This document shows, one piece after another, positions 22,308 to 35,898 of a stretch of DNA of 64,000 nt. Source of the stretch: Octopus sinensis (taxonomy: Eukaryota); the NCBI RefSeq assembly GCF_006345805.1, contig NC_043000.1:11222001-11286000 (forward strand), given 5' to 3'. The position numbers and the translations under genes were made by a program. Below the pieces are notes generated by a model, which saw only the letters and a program-made list of their open reading frames with translations, was not told where the DNA came from and searched no databases. Numbering within the stretch: position 1 is the stretch's first letter; every line of letters starts with the position of its first letter.

Positions 22308-23555
22308 TTATATATATAATCTCCAGGATGGTGGATTAGTGGAGATATTAAGAGTGTGGTTGAATGCTGTAATCTGTGCTGCGTGTTTGACTGTATTTAT
22401 TTTTTTCTATCCTATATATGGTTTGGTCATTGAGCTGAGGCCATGCTGGGGCACTGCCTAAAAGTGTTTAGTCAAACAAATCAAGCCCATTACTTTTAAG
22501 CCTGGTTCTTATTCTATTAGTATATTGGTATCTTTTGCAAATGTTAAGTTAATGGAACACAAAAATAGAATACCATCAGTAGGGTACAAACATGGGGACA
22601 TATTCTTATATATATACATATACACACATTGATGGTTATACGTCAAGATAACTCAAACTAATAGATATGCATTCTAAGTGCTCAAATAGGTGTGACACCA
22701 AAATTCCAGTTAGAACAGTGATTGAAGTTGTGGTTGTGTGATTGCCTTGTTCAAACATGGCTATAAGTGGCATCCCTTTGAGTCAGTAGGTATAGGTAAA
22801 AGTAGTGAGGAAATGCAAACGATTAGGCAATGCAGGACAAGGATATTTAATTTGATTTAATTCAGTCTAAAATTTAGCTGCATAATGAATGGTAAAGTTA
22901 GTCTCATTTTTATCATTCGTTAAGTAGCTAAATTTTAGATTGAATTAGATGAAATTAAATGTCCTTGGCCTGCATTGCCTAATTATTCGCCTTTCCTCAC
23001 TACTTAAACCTATGTATATATATATATATATATATATGACAGGCTTTCACTCAGTTTCCATCTACCAAATCCACTCACAAAGCAATGGTTCATCAGGAGC
23101 TATAGTAGAAGATACTTGCTCGAAGTGCTGCACTGTGGGACTGAACCCAAAACTATGCAGTTGCAAGGCAAGCTTCTTAACCACAGAGCCATGCCTGTGC
23201 TTCTATATTTGAAATATATATTGATTTCACATTTTGGCACAAGGCCAGCAAGTTCAGGGAAATCAATGGTGAAGTTGTGTAATAAATGTGACAGACCTTT
23301 AACTGTTTCATTTTTCTAGTAAATTTAATTAGTTTATTCAATAGATGGTTACTGCCTTCTTGAGATTTTGATCATGATGTGATTGTTGCTATTTTTGAAA
23401 TGACATTGTAGGGTAAGTGAGGGTGGCCAAATGTGGCTGGTTTGAACATAAAACTGGTAGAATATTTAGTCAGTTTAAATGTTAAAGGGTTAAACAATCA
23501 AATTCAGGACAGCTCGATTTATGGTCCATCGCTCATACACATTTAATGTTTATTA

Positions 23556-24164
23556 GGATCTTTACCTTTTGACCTACAGATTTAAAAAATAATTTTTTGT
23601 AACTAAACACTTTCAAACTTCGGACACTGGTAGAATGTGTCATATAAAACATCTTTTACTCTTAGCATTTTGAGAAAAATTTATATTTACAAAAGATATT
23701 TCACCATAAAGTTCTCATATTTCAGTAATTTCAGCCAATCAATGATGTGTATTCAGCTGAATAAAATTATTGCTGTTGTTTGTCAACAAGAACTTCCGGC
23801 AGTGTATATTTCGTTTGTCGCTGTTATTTATGACAACCCAACCCTAATCCTAAAACCTTAAAACCAGTACAAACGCACGAATGATGTCATAAATGATAGT
23901 GAAAAACGAAAAATACACCGCTGATAGTTGTTGTTGACAAACAATGGCAGTAATTTTACTCATCTGAATACATGTCATTGATTGGTTGAAATTACCGAAA
24001 TACGAGAATTTTAAGGTGAAATATCTTCGTAAATATAAGTTTTTCTCAAAAATTCTAAGAGTAAAACTTGTTTTACATGACACATTCTACCAGTGTCCGA
24101 AGTTTGAAAGTGTTTAGTTACAAAAAATCATTTTTTAAATCTGTAGGTCAAAAGGTAAAGGTCC
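23556..24164. mobile_element. Foldback DNA element with about 280-bp inverted arms
   Basis: GGATCTTTACCTTTTGACCTACAGATTT ... AAATCTGTAGGTCAAAAGGTAAAGGTCC; mirrored ORF peptides in the ORF track. Confidence 0.9.
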
Positions 24165-24238
24165 GTTTGTTATATTGATTTGAATGAAGTACTGTGTTGA
24201 TGGTGACTAAATGTAATTACTTTTCCATTCCTCTCTAG

Positions 24239-24304
24239 TTGTTTTCTGTTCTGGTTCAAGAGATGGTCAAATTCTAATCTACGACACAAGAGTCAACTCC
24301 AGAG
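24239..24304 (+). CDS. DTL: DTL exon 6
   Basis: VFCSGSRDGQILIYDTRVNSR (DxR motif) matches VFCTGGRDGNIMVWDTR. Confidence 0.95.
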
Positions 24305-25036
24305 GTAATGTCACTATTATTGTCATCATCATAATTTAGCATCCATTTTCCATGCTAGCATGGGTAAGATGGTTTGATTGGGGCTGGTAAACCAGAGAGC
24401 TGCATAGGGCTCCAGTCTGTTTTGGCTTGGTTTCTATGACTAGATTCCCTTCCTGAGTCTTGTCACCAGCATGGGACATGTAACTTATAAATATTGATTC
24501 TGGTCCTCACATTGCTGAAAGATTTAAGATCCTTCCTTCATCCTTTACTTGTTTCAGTCATTAGACTGTGGCCATGCTGTGGCACTGCCTGAAACAATTT
24601 GTTTTAGTCAAATGAATTGACCCTAGTCTTTTACTCTTTTACTTGTTTCTGTCATTTGACTGGCCATGCTAGAAATAAACAGCATTGCTTGTATTATGAT
24701 GCTCATTTGCAACCATAGCACAATGTCAAAACAAGGATACACACATATAACAGGCTTCTTCTAGTTTCCATCTACCAAATCCACTCACGAGATTTTGGTC
24801 ATCCTGTAAAAGCTATAGTAAAAGACATTTGCCCAAGGTGCAGCACAGTGAGGCCTATCTCAAATCAAGGTGGTTAGAAAGCAAGCTTCTTAGCCATACA
24901 TCTACTCCTGCACCTAATCACTAAGTGAATTTTCTTCACTCTTTACATTTACTGTAAATTGTCATTTCCCTCCTCAACACTTCTATGAAATTATGGTTGT
25001 TCAGGCATGCAAATAACTGTATGTTGTTCAAATTTT

Positions 25037-25400
25037 ATACTCTTTTGCTTGTTTCAGTCATTTGACTGTGGCCATGCTGGAGCACTGCCTATAGTCGAGC
25101 AAATCGACCCCAGCACTTATTCTTTGTAAGTCTAGTACTTCTATCGGTCTCCTTTGCCGAACTACTAAGTTACAGAGACACAAACACACCAGCATCGGTT
25201 GTCAAGTGATGTTGGGGGGGACACACACACACACACAACATATATATATATATATATATCTTTCAGTTTCCGTCTACCAAATCCACTCACAAAGCTTTGG
25301 TCGGCCCGAGGCTATAGTAGAAGACACTTGCCCAAGGTGCCGCGCAGTGGGACTGAAACCGGAACCATGTGGTTGGTAAGCAAGCTACTTACCACTGCGC
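25037..25400 (-). mobile_element. SINE A
   Basis: Same family as 21924-22307. Confidence 0.85.
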
Positions 25401-25460
25401 CAGTTGTTAATGAAAATTTCATTCATTGTATTTAGTGATATTTCTGCTTTTCTTCCTTAG

Positions 25461-25552
25461 ATGGCTACATGAGAAGTGTGAGTACCATAAAGAATGCACA
25501 TTCCACTGGACCTGCAATGCACTTGAAAAGGAACTACAGGAATAAAAACAAT
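25461..25552 (+). CDS. DTL: DTL exon 7
   Basis: (D)GYMRSVSTIKNAHSTGPAMHLKRNYRNKNN matches DGFYRQVNQISGAH. Confidence 0.9.
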
Positions 25553-26199
25553 GTAAGAAAAGTTAATGTTAGACTTACCTTCGATTTATTGGTTTATTTA
25601 TGTGTATCTTTTCGGAGATCAGTGCATTATTTTTCCCTGTTAACATAGATTATTTGGAGATTCATCATCATCATCATAGTTTAACGTATGCTTTCCATGG
25701 TAGCATAGGTTGGCCGATTTGACTGAGGACTGGTGAACCAGATGGCTGCACCAGGCTCCAATCTTCTTCTGGCAGAGTTTCTACAGCTGGATGCCCTTCT
25801 TTATGCTAACATATATATATATACGTGTGTGTGTTGTTGTTGAATGAATAAGAAATACATGTGGAAGATATGACTTTTTTTTTTTTTTTTTTTTTTACTG
25901 AAGCTTTGAGTTTGTCTTGTAACTTGAGTTTTATGCTTCTGCAATCTTCAGGGGGTCTTTCCCCCCCCCCTACCCCATTTTCAGCTACCAAATCCAACCA
26001 CAAGATTTTGATTAGCCTATGGCTATAGTACAAGACACTTGCCCTGAAGTGTTATACTGTGTGGCTGGACTCAAAACCACATGGTTGGGAACCAGACTCT
26101 TCAGCTACATAGCTATGCCTACATCTGTTTCTCTAATAATAAGTGGCATGTCTCTGAAATTTATTTTAGTGTTACTATGGTTTTTCTTCACTATCATCA

Positions 26200-26470
26200 T
26201 CGTTTAACGTCCTTTTTCCATGCTAGCATGGGTTGGAAAGTTCGAATGGGGTCTGGGAAGCCAGGAGGCTGCACCAGGCTCCAGTCTGATCTGGCAGTGT
26301 TTCTACAGCTGGATGCCCTTCCTAACACCAGCCACTCCGTTAGTGTAGTGGGTGCTTTTTACGTGCCACTGGCACGGGTGCCAGGGGAGGCTGGCAACGA
26401 TCATGGTGCGTTTTACGTGCCACCAGCACATGAGTGTAGTGCGTGCTTTTTATGTGCCACCGGCACAGGT
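26200..26470 (-). mobile_element. RTE 3' UTR fragment
   Basis: CATCATCGTTTAACGTCC..CCATGCTAGCATGG, three modules. Confidence 0.85.
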
Positions 26471-26842
26471 ATCAAAACTACCATTTCCATTTTATTTTTA
26501 TTTTATGTACTTGACTCAGTAGGTCTCCTCAAGCACAGCAGGCTGTCCTGCGATCCAAGGTACTTTGGATTGGCTGGGGTTGCTATGTGAAGCTGGTGCA
26601 GGAAACAGCCATGAACTCATATTATTTGTCGGGTCTTCGCAGTCAAAGCATATCTTCACAGGTCTTGGTCTTTCATCATTGTAATTTAATGATAAATCAT
26701 CTACATCAGAGGCAAAGAGTGGTCCATGTTGTTAATGATAGCAGAATAATGTATCTTGTCTAGAGCATCAGCCTACACTTGTAAGAAAATCCAAACTCCT
26801 CGTGTACAGTTTGCCTACATAGTATTCCATTTTGTATTCCAG

Positions 26843-26919
26843 GATAACCGAGAAAAAAGTGTTACTGCTGTCCTCTACCAGACGGACAATCTCCTGGCCT
26901 CAGCTGGAGCTATTAATAG
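26843..26919 (+). CDS. DTL: DTL exon 8
   Basis: DNREKSVTAVLYQTDNLLASAGAIN matches SVTVVLFQDENTLVSAGAVD. Confidence 0.93.
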
Positions 26920-27129
26920 GTTAGTTCTTTACTTGTCGAGCTACCATAGCTGTTAGTGTCTTACAGATCTCTAGCAGCTATGGTATCACATTGTGTTGTG
27001 TAAGTACCATACCACATGTACACTGCTCCTATACTGTATGTTCAAAACCTCCACCATACATACATGTTCACCACCACTATTATAAAGACATACATGAAAA
27101 TGCACGTATATACAGATACAAATGCAAAT

Positions 27130-27375
27130 AGTTATACTAATACATACCTATTTGCTTACTACCCACAGAGGGGACAAACAAGGACAGACAAACGGATTAA
27201 GTCGATTACATCGACCCCAGTGCGTAACTGGAACTTAATTTATCGACCCCGAAAGGATGAAAGGCAAAGTTGACTTTGGCGGAATTTGAACTCAGGACGT
27301 AACGGCAGATGAAATACCGCTAAGCATCGGCCCGTCCCTGCGTGCTAACGCTTCTTCTGCAGCTCACCGCCTTTT
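27130..27375 (-). mobile_element. SINE M, full length
   Basis: GGCGGTGAGCTG head, B box GAGTTCAAATTCC. Confidence 0.85.
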
Positions 27376-27858
27376 GCGCTAAAACCACAAAAACTCTCTC
27401 TTTATTACCACGTTACTCGTTTCAATTTTCAGCAGGAGGACAAACACACACACACATACATATATATATGTATACATATATACAACAGGCTTCTTTCAGT
27501 TTCCGTCTACCAAATCCACTCACAAGGCATTGGTCGGGCCGGGGCTATAACAGAAGACACTTGCCCAAGATGCCACGCAGTGGGACTGAACCCGGAACCA
27601 TGTGGTTGGTTAGCAAGCTACTTACCACACAGCCACTACTGTGCCTATACCTTCAAATCATATACGTTCACTGATACAAAAAAGTATAATGACAGCGCAT
27701 GCCTGTGCAGTGACAAATGCTTACTATAACAAACACACACACAGATGCACAGCATATCATGAATACAAGGACACATAAAATATTGAATATAGTCACATTA
27801 AAATAAGCAGTCTGAGAGAGAGACTTTTTCTGATGATTTCTATCTTTTCTCTCTTCAG

Positions 27859-27959
27859 CACTGTTAAGATTTGGGACTTGCGAAAGTGCAGCAGTCAAAA
27901 TCAAGACCCGGTACCTGCATATATGTTTATGTGCAGCAAAAATGCAATGAGAAACTTTG
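27859..27959 (+). CDS. DTL: DTL exon 9
   Basis: TVKIWDLRKCSSQNQDPVPAYMFMCSKNAMRNF (WDLR/DxR motif). Confidence 0.93.
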
Positions 27960-28105
27960 GTAAGTGAACAGTTCTTTGTACTTACAACTCTTGTACAAAC
28001 TCTTGCATATGAATATAATGTTTGGTAAAACTTGATTTATTATTATTTAAAAACAAGATTGTTTCTATTTTATTAACTTCTTTATCTCTATCTAATCTTT
28101 TTTAG

Positions 28106-28210
28106 GGATCACCAGCCTTGCATTTGATCCCAGTCTTAGTCGTTTGTTTGCAACATGTAAAGATCACTCAGTCTACCTCTACAATTCTGCTACATATGCT
28201 CGTGAACCCA
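28106..28210 (+). CDS. DTL: DTL exon 10
   Basis: (G)ITSLAFDPSLSRLFATCKDHSVYLYNSATYAREP. Confidence 0.93.
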
Positions 28211-28264
28211 GTAAGTAAACCATTTTATAATTCTATCTGGCTGTCATTCACCATTTAGTTGGTT

Positions 28265-28650
28265 TTTTTTACTTGTTTCAGTCATTTGACTGCGACCATG
28301 CTGGAGCACCGCCTTTAGTCGAGCAAATCGACCCCAGGACTTATTCTTTGTAAGCCCGGTACTTATTCTATCGGTCTCTTTTGCCGAACCGCTATGTGAC
28401 GGGGACGTAAACACACCAACATCAGTTGTCAAGCAATGCTAGGGAGGCAAACACATACATACACACACATATATTTACATATATACGACAGGCTTCTTTG
28501 AGTTTCCGTCTACCAAATCCACTCACAAGGCATTGGTCGGCCCGGGGCTATAGCAGAAGACACTTGCCCAAGATGCCACGCAGTGGGACTGAACCCGGAA
28601 CCATGTGGTTGGTAAGCAAACTACTTACCACACAGCCACTCCTACGCCTA
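28265..28650 (-). mobile_element. SINE A, full length
   Basis: Same family as 21924-22307. Confidence 0.9.
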
Positions 28651-28728
28651 TTTTATTTTTGTTTTCTTACAATATCTGCTGTATAGTGTTGTTTAACCTC
28701 AGGTTACCCTGTTTCCTTTCTGTGTGAA

Positions 28729-29049
28729 GGTGCATGGCTCAGTGGTTAGAGCGTCGAGCTTATGATCATGAGGTTGTGAGTTCAATTCCCGGACCAGGCT
28801 GCATGTTGTTCTTGAGCAAGACTCTTTATTTCACGTTCTCCTGTTAACTCAGCTATAAAAAGATTTGTGACATCACTTTTTCCAAGCTGTATCGGCCTTT
28901 CCCTCGGATAACATCAATGGTGTGGAGAGGGGAGGCTAGTATGCATGGGCAACTGCTGGCCTTCCACAAGCAACCTTACCTGGACTTGTGCCTCGGAGGG
29001 TAACTTTCTAGGTGCAATCCCATGGTCAGTCATGACTGAAGAGGAGTCT
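28729..29049 (+). mobile_element. SINE C head with alternative tail
   Basis: TGGCTCAGTGG..GAGTTCAATTCC head; tail ends CATGGTCAGTCATGACTGAAGAGGAGTCTT. Confidence 0.7.
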
Positions 29050-29832
29050 TCGCCCTGTTTTTCTGTATATAGACACAAGCATGGCTGTATGGTTAAGAAG
29101 CTCACTTTGCATCTAAATGGTTTGGGGTTCTGTCCCAGTACAGGGCACCTTGGGCAAGTGTCTTGTATTATAGCCTGGGTCAACCAATTCTTTGTAAGTG
29201 ATTTATAAAAAAAGCACTCACTTTCACTCTGTAGGGTGGTTGTTATAGGAAGGAATTAGCGACCCATGCCAGCATGGAAAGCGTACGTTAAACGATGATG
29301 ATTATGATCCAGCCATAAAACCCATGCCAGAATGGAAAGCAGACATTAAGTGATGGTGATGATAATATATATATATATATTTATTTCAATTTTTGGTACA
29401 AGGCCAGCAATTCCTGTGAAAGGATTAAGTCAATTACATCAACTCCTAAAGGATGAAAAGCAAAGTTGACATTGGCAAATTTGAACTCTGGACATGAAAA
29501 TAGGTGAAATATTGCTAAATATTTTGTCAGGTGTGCTAACAATTCTGTCAGCTTGCCACCCTTATAAATTTATACACATTGAAATCATGTCCTATAAGCT
29601 ACGAATGTTTATAATTCCCTCAAGCCCCTCTGGTATACACAGTACACAGTGTAATCCATGTTTATGATTCCCTCTAGCTCCCCATGTTGTATACATTTAG
29701 CCTTTCTGTTATAGTTTGATTGTATTCTCCACATAATCAATTTATAATGTCTTCAGTAAACTTAGCTAAGTGTTTAAGATGTGATCCGTTCTGATATCTT
29801 TGGTAATTCCAGTTCAATGTTTTATTTTGTAG

Positions 29833-29945
29833 TCCGCACATACAGAGGATACCAAAATACTTCATTTTACATCAAAGCTGCTGTAAGTCCATGTGGCAGG
29901 TTCTTTGTTAGTGGATCAAATGATGATAATGCCTATATATGGGAG
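29833..29945 (+). CDS. DTL: DTL exon 11
   Basis: RTYRGYQNTSFYIKAAVSPCGRFFVSGSNDDNAYIWE matches GHQNSTFYVKSSLSP. Confidence 0.95.
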
Positions 29946-30554
29946 GTTTGTATTGTTCTTTGTCTTTTGTTGTTCTTTTCTTTACTGAGCAAGCCCATAG
30001 CCATCAGGTGTTGAAGTGTAGATAGAGAAGAGAGGAGGAATAATAATTAGCTATAGTAAACCATAGATTGGGAAGTATATGCTTGGGGTAGTTATCTTAT
30101 CATAATGGGCCCATGGTGTTAAAGATGCAATAATACCCCAGTGCGTAGCCCTATAGCTATGTAATTAGGGTGCTGGACTGCTAACTACATTGTCATGAGT
30201 TCAAACCTAACTAAGCATAAAATAGATTCAACTCTGTTTTATGATGGAGTGATTAGTGGTAGAAATGAGTATGATAAGCATTGTTTCGATATATTCTTAA
30301 GTCTACGCCATAAAATAGATCCCACTCTCTGTTTCATTGTGGACATCGACTCCAGCTCAGGAGCAATTTTTTTTACAGGCTGTGCAAGATGACATTGTGT
30401 GTGCCAGCTCTGAGACGGCACTCACACCTAAGTTTACGGACATAGATCATGCAGGCTTGACCACCAGGTTTGAATGTCCTCGTGGGTTAAAGAAAAAGAG
30501 TAAAGTGACAAATTGATTTGTTTGATTGTCTGGCTTAACAGGTTGCTTTTTTTA

Positions 30555-30915
30555 CTCTCCTTTACTTGTATCAGTCATTTGACTGTGGCCATCCTGGAGC
30601 ACTACCTTTTTAGTCGAGCAAATCGACCCCAGGGCTTATTCTTTGTAAGCCTAGTACTTATTCTATCGGTCTCTTTTGCCAAATCGCTAAGTTACGGGGA
30701 CGTAAGCACACCAGCATCGGTTGTCAAGCAATGTTGGGGGGACAAACATATACGTATATACGACAGGCTTCTTTCAGTTTCTGTCTACCAAATCCACTCA
30801 CAAGGTTTTGGTCAGCCCAAGGCTATAGTAGAAGACACTTACCCAAGGTGCCATGCAGTGGGACTGAACCCGGAACCATGTGGTTCGTAAGCAAGCTACA
30901 TACCACACAGCCAGA
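30555..30915 (-). mobile_element. SINE A
   Basis: Same family as 21924-22307. Confidence 0.85.
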
Positions 30916-32970
30916 TCCATATTGTGATTTGTCTGACATATGGTGAGGATAAGAAATGTTAAAAGCCTAGCACAGAAGTTGAGTGTATATGCTGTTGTGC
31001 CACAATAAGAGGCCAGCATTTAAAGTCATAGATCAGAACATTCTATTGTAGCAATAATAGGCATAGTTTTAGCTCACGTGACAGTTGTGGTGCTTTCTAA
31101 ATTTTCCATTGCTTGTCGGATGCTGACCATGTTATCACTTTACAGGTGTTAACATCTGTGCTGGTATAACAATTATGAGAGCCCAGGTAGCAGAAATGGG
31201 CAACCGACTCAATGGTCTTCAAGTGGTTTATTGAGAGACCAGCTTCAGTGGCAGCTGATTCCAGATTTGCGAGGTGGATTAAGTGTTTGTGTTTGTATAT
31301 GTGATGAGTATGATGTCATCTGCTAAGTTGAAATCAGTGAAGACCAGTGCTGGATGACAAGCCCTGGCAGGGACAGAGCATTATGCCTAATCCAGATAGC
31401 AAGCTGTAGTAGATAGTCCAAGACTGTAAAGAAAAGGAGCTAAGGAGAATTCCTTTGTCGACTGCGAATGTGTTGTCTCCATCATGAGTGCATATAAAGC
31501 TTTTGCAGTCTGCCTAGACAGAGCAGGTAGCATTTACAACTTCATTTGGTATGCCATAGACAGAATGAATCAGAAGTATTCACTTAAAGGTGGACAGTCA
31601 AAAAGCTTTGGTGAAATCTGCAAAGACTTATCTTTCATTGCCAAGATGGTTTCAACAAGTCAGTGAAGAGTTCAAATAGGTTCAAGAGTAGAGTGGCCTT
31701 TGCAAAAGCCATTTTGGTTTGATCTGAGTATGCCAGTCAAGTAAATTGGATGGGAAAAGCATAGCTTAGTGTATGGTTAATGTGCACAATACAGTGATAG
31801 TAATAAGACATTGAATTATGATCTTATGGTCTGTAATCTGACGCCTTAATTCAGAGCTGGTGTGTTTCCACTAAAACCATCTCATCCAGAGATAATGAAT
31901 GTGAAATAGCAGAAGATATCTTTTTTTTTTCTTACATGTAGTTGTCTTCATTAATTTTGCATCATTACTATGCTGATGTACCTTCATACTGTGCCATCTC
32001 TTTTGTGGTTTGCAGTGTCTTTAGTTGGACACTGTGCAAGTAACTCTTGCCATATACCAAAAATATCTAATGTTGCTGGACATGTTTGGGGAAATATTCA
32101 CTTTCATGTAAGAGTTGGAGGAGAATAAACGATTGCTGATATATTTTTGCAGTTAAAGACAATTAGCGTTACAGAAATGGTTGTTTGCCCTCAACAGGTT
32201 ATCTACAACAAACGACTGATGACTTTGGATTTATATGAAAAGAAACATTTTCGAACTCTTTGCTGTTTTATGTTTTAGAGTTTCCAAGGTTGAACAGTTC
32301 AAAAGGAGCTGGTGAGCCAGAGTACTTTGCCAAGCTCCAATGTGTGCTTTGACATAGTTTCTATGGCTGGATACCCTTCCTAATGCCAACCACTCTCCAA
32401 AGAATACTAGGTGCTTTTTATGTAGCACTGGCGCTAGTTCCTCATAAAACAGGACTCCCTTAACTGAGTGAGATGGGTGTAGTATTGAGGGAGGTGGCTT
32501 TCTGTCAGGTAATGAGGTTAAAGTATGAGATAGGGACAGAAACAGATGCCTTACAGTAGAGGAGATATATGGCTCCCCCAATTAAAAAAGAGAGGTGGCA
32601 GTGAAAATGTGTCAGGAGAGACCTTCAAGTTACAGGAAAGTAAATATGAATGATATAGAAAATTTTCTATATCATATAAATGTTATAAAAAATCGACTTA
32701 ATCCGTTTGTTTGTCCCCTCTGTGTGTAGCCCCTGTAGGCAGTAAAGAAATGAGAAAATTGTACAGGGTGAGTGGATAGTTAAGTAAGTTTGCAAGAGTG
32801 TGAAAGGAGAATGGCAGATGGATGGAGATAGAGGAGAATGTAGTGAATGGTGAACATGGGTGTCCTTCCTCTATTATTCATCACTTTTTCCACTGGTTTC
32901 ATGTATTGGGCTGTAGCCATGCAAGACCCTGTTATTATTAATATATTAAAAGCCTCTTTTTAATGTCTAG

Positions 32971-33060
32971 GTCGAGGGTTCTGAATATCCATGCATCACT
33001 CTTGCTGGTCATACTGCAGAAGTGACAGCCGTTGCCTGGTCCCAACATGATTTTGGCAAG
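32971..33060 (+). CDS. DTL: DTL exon 12
   Basis: VEGSEYPCITLAGHTAEVTAVAWSQHDFGK. Confidence 0.95.
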
Positions 33061-33177
33061 GTAAGTATCTTTGGAAACGTTCTTGTGACTTGTGTACAAC
33101 TAGAAAACCAGGTTGTACTTCTTGTGTTTGACTCAAGATGGTGAGTTGTAAAATATTAACTTCAGAATATACCTTAG

Positions 33178-33668
33178 CCCTTTTGATACCAATATACCCT
33201 TATTATGTCTGTGTGTGTGTGTCCTTTATACAAATCCACAATTTTTCAGTTAGGGGCTCGCACTTTCTATGGTCATTATAAACCGTTCAAGGGTGGTCGT
33301 GCTCTGCACATTTACATTTCCCCAGTCACCCCGCAAAGCCATTTAAAAAATCAATAGAAGTGATTTTTGGTGAATTTTCTATCCAAAACCCAATCAAAAT
33401 GCCTGAAACTTGATACGCCAATTGAATGCCAGCTAGCTGTATGTGATTGGTCGGAGATTTGGACAGTACTCGCGTGTATGTGCGTTGCCGGGTCATAGTG
33501 CTAGTCTATAATACAACTTATTCTAGAGTGATCTAAATTTCACGTTAATTTATGTTCCAAACACCAGATTATTAATAATGACAAGGTTATTTTACTGAAT
33601 TCTTTGTAATTTTCAAAATTATTTGAAACAAACCAATGTGTTTCAATGGAAATATGGTAACAAAAGGG
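33178..33668. mobile_element. piggyBac-like MITE with nested Helitron fragment (about 33195-33504)
   Basis: TTAG|CCCTTTTGATACCA ... TGGTAACAAAAGGG|TTAA; nested end GCGTTGCCGGGTCATAGTGCTAG|T. Confidence 0.65.
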
Positions 33669-34149
33669 TTAAGGAATGTCTGGATTTTTCAGATCTGTGA
33701 ACACAAAAAGAAAAACAGAAAACAATAATATTACTTTATTGACCATGAGATTGTAAGTTCAAATCTTGCTATAACCATTGTGTTGCTTCTTTAGACTTGA
33801 TAGGCTGCCTCAGCTTGTACCTTTGGAGAAGGCGCATTGCTTGTTGTAGACTGTGCATTTAGACAAGGTACATTACATCTCTCTGTACTACTAGGCAAAG
33901 TGCATTACAATGCTAAGCTTTCTCCAAACTCATAACTAAACAGTTTTCCCTGCTTGTGGAAATACATCGCAGCTTGACTTTAGCCATAAACAAAGAGAAA
34001 AAAGATCTGGTCTTTAGGTTCTATTATACCCACAGTTATTAATGAATGTCTCTTATCCTTTTTAATCTTCATCTCCAACCATGTAATGGTAGCTACAACA
34101 TTTATCCATCTCTTCAATATATACACGTGACTCATGTTTGTGTGTGATA

Positions 34150-34530
34150 TACAGAATTCAAAGGGTAGATTGTCGCTGTTTTATATTTTAAATTTTGCGC
34201 AGTTTGTTTTTGATTTTGTCAACTACACAGTATAGTAAGGTCCGTTGTGCACTGTCTGTGAGAAAAACAGCACCATGATGCAATTCACTCTGCCGTAGAT
34301 TTGGAAATGACATGCTGTACTGCTTGGCATTCATACTGGAAGTTCCAGTTCGAACATTTCAGTGTTAGGGCATCAATCTGAGGACAGTGCATGTACTGAG
34401 AATGATAAAAATCAAACATCCAGTTAACATCATGGTGTTTGGAGTGATCACTAGTGATGGCTATATTATGCCTCCATTCATCTTCCCACATGGCCTCAGA
34501 CTCAATACAGAACCCTATGTCAGGTGTCTC
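34150..34530 (+). mobile_element. Internally deleted Tc1/mariner-superfamily transposon
   Basis: KIKHPVNIMVFGVITSDGYIMPPFIFPHGLRLNTEPYVRCL resembles the DDE-region KHP.SVMV.G. Confidence 0.75.
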
Positions 34531-34694
34531 AAGCCACTGGCGATTTTATTGAATAAATTTACTCTTTAGTATTTCAAGATATTTTAATGTAATTTTGGTA
34601 AATATATCTGTTAAAATGGGATGTCAGTGTTATTTTCATTTTTGCAAAATTTAACAGTCAATATATTCACTACACCCTGTATGTATGTATGTAG

Positions 34695-34736
<42 letters not shown>

Positions 34737-35029
34737 CACGCGCTTCTATATGTATGTGGCTATACATATATGAAAATAACTAGGTAAATGTATCTGGTTG
34801 TATGTGCATGTATCATGCAGGTGTGTATATTTTGGTTTGTATGTACATGATTGTATGCTTTTCCCCTCAAGGTTGTATTTCAAATCTGTTGATGCTCCTA
34901 AATTTCCTCCTCACTTCAAACATTTCCTCTTCTAAATAACAACTATTTCACCTTTTAGTGCTCTCTCTCTCATTTTCTTATTCTTCAAGGTTTTAATAAA
35001 TTTCTTTCTTACTCTCACTACTCCCAGTC

Positions 35030-35640
35030 TATTTATCCAGCCACACGAACATTGCATTTTCCTATGAAGAGGACTTCTGCTCAAAGTGCTAAATTTCTTT
35101 TCCCTTAGACAAAATACATGGCTTATCTCAGTCTGTACTTCTAGACAAGGAAAATTTCTTGTCCATATCATCATCGTTTAACGTCCGTTTTCCGCGCTAG
35201 CACGTGTTGGACGGTTCGACCGGGGTCTGGGAAGCCAGGGGCTGCACCAGGCTCCAGTCTGATCTGGCAGAGTTTCTACAGCTGGATGCCCTTCCTAACG
35301 CCAACCACTCCACGATGGTAAACCACATCTCAATGAAGGTCATTCAAATGATTGACTATAATTCATTATTCAACATGCTACTACCACTGACTCACAGATG
35401 CACTGTTTTTATTCTCTAATTCTACCATTACTAATTAAAATGGCTTCTATTGCTCTGAACTATCTTGATACTCTCTCTTCTTGTCATCTTAACTGTGTCT
35501 CAACTTCTAACCCCTGCACTAAACTTCTCACGGTATTTCTTACCAGGGCTGAAATCCTCTGGAATGTTCTTCCCAACATGTTTTCCTCCAAATATTCACT
35601 TGCAAATAAATGCTTCAACTACTATTGGCCACATCATCCT
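35030..35640 (+). mobile_element. LINE (CR1/L2/Jockey-group) post-RT relic interrupted by RTE end at 35165-35310
   Basis: FLTRAEILWNVLP..F..KYSL motif with frameshifts. Confidence 0.5.
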
Positions 35641-35789
35641 CACAAATGTGAGATGACCCACAAAGGTCTTGGGCATCACGCCTGCTTCTGGCTAGCTTAT
35701 ATTGATACACTAGTTCCGTTTTAGTTAGTCACTTGCTATTAGGTGAATATAACTTTTGTTTTACATTGCTTTATATGTCTTATTCTCAG

Positions 35790-35898
35790 ATTGCTACTCT
35801 TTCCGATGATAACACAATGAGGATGTGGCGTTTGAATTGTCGGTCTCTTCCTGCAGACATTCTGGATACGAGTGGATCAGCAATGGAGTATATTCATG
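35790..35898 (+). CDS. DTL: DTL exon 13
   Basis: IATLSDDNTMRMWRLNCRSLPADILDTSGSAMEYIH matches IATCSDDNTLKIWRL. Confidence 0.95.

Noticed and set aside
23835-23862. Telomere-like CCCTAA/TTAGGG runs here and at about 37810, 50716 and 63506
   Set aside because: Only 2-3 degenerate units, embedded in MITE/SINE sequence.
27342-28686. Recurrent ORFs RQASFSFRLPNPLTRHWSARGYSRRHLPK.. and AVFLQLDALPNANHS.. throughout the ORF track
   Set aside because: Translations of SINE A and RTE 3' UTR antisense strands, not genes.
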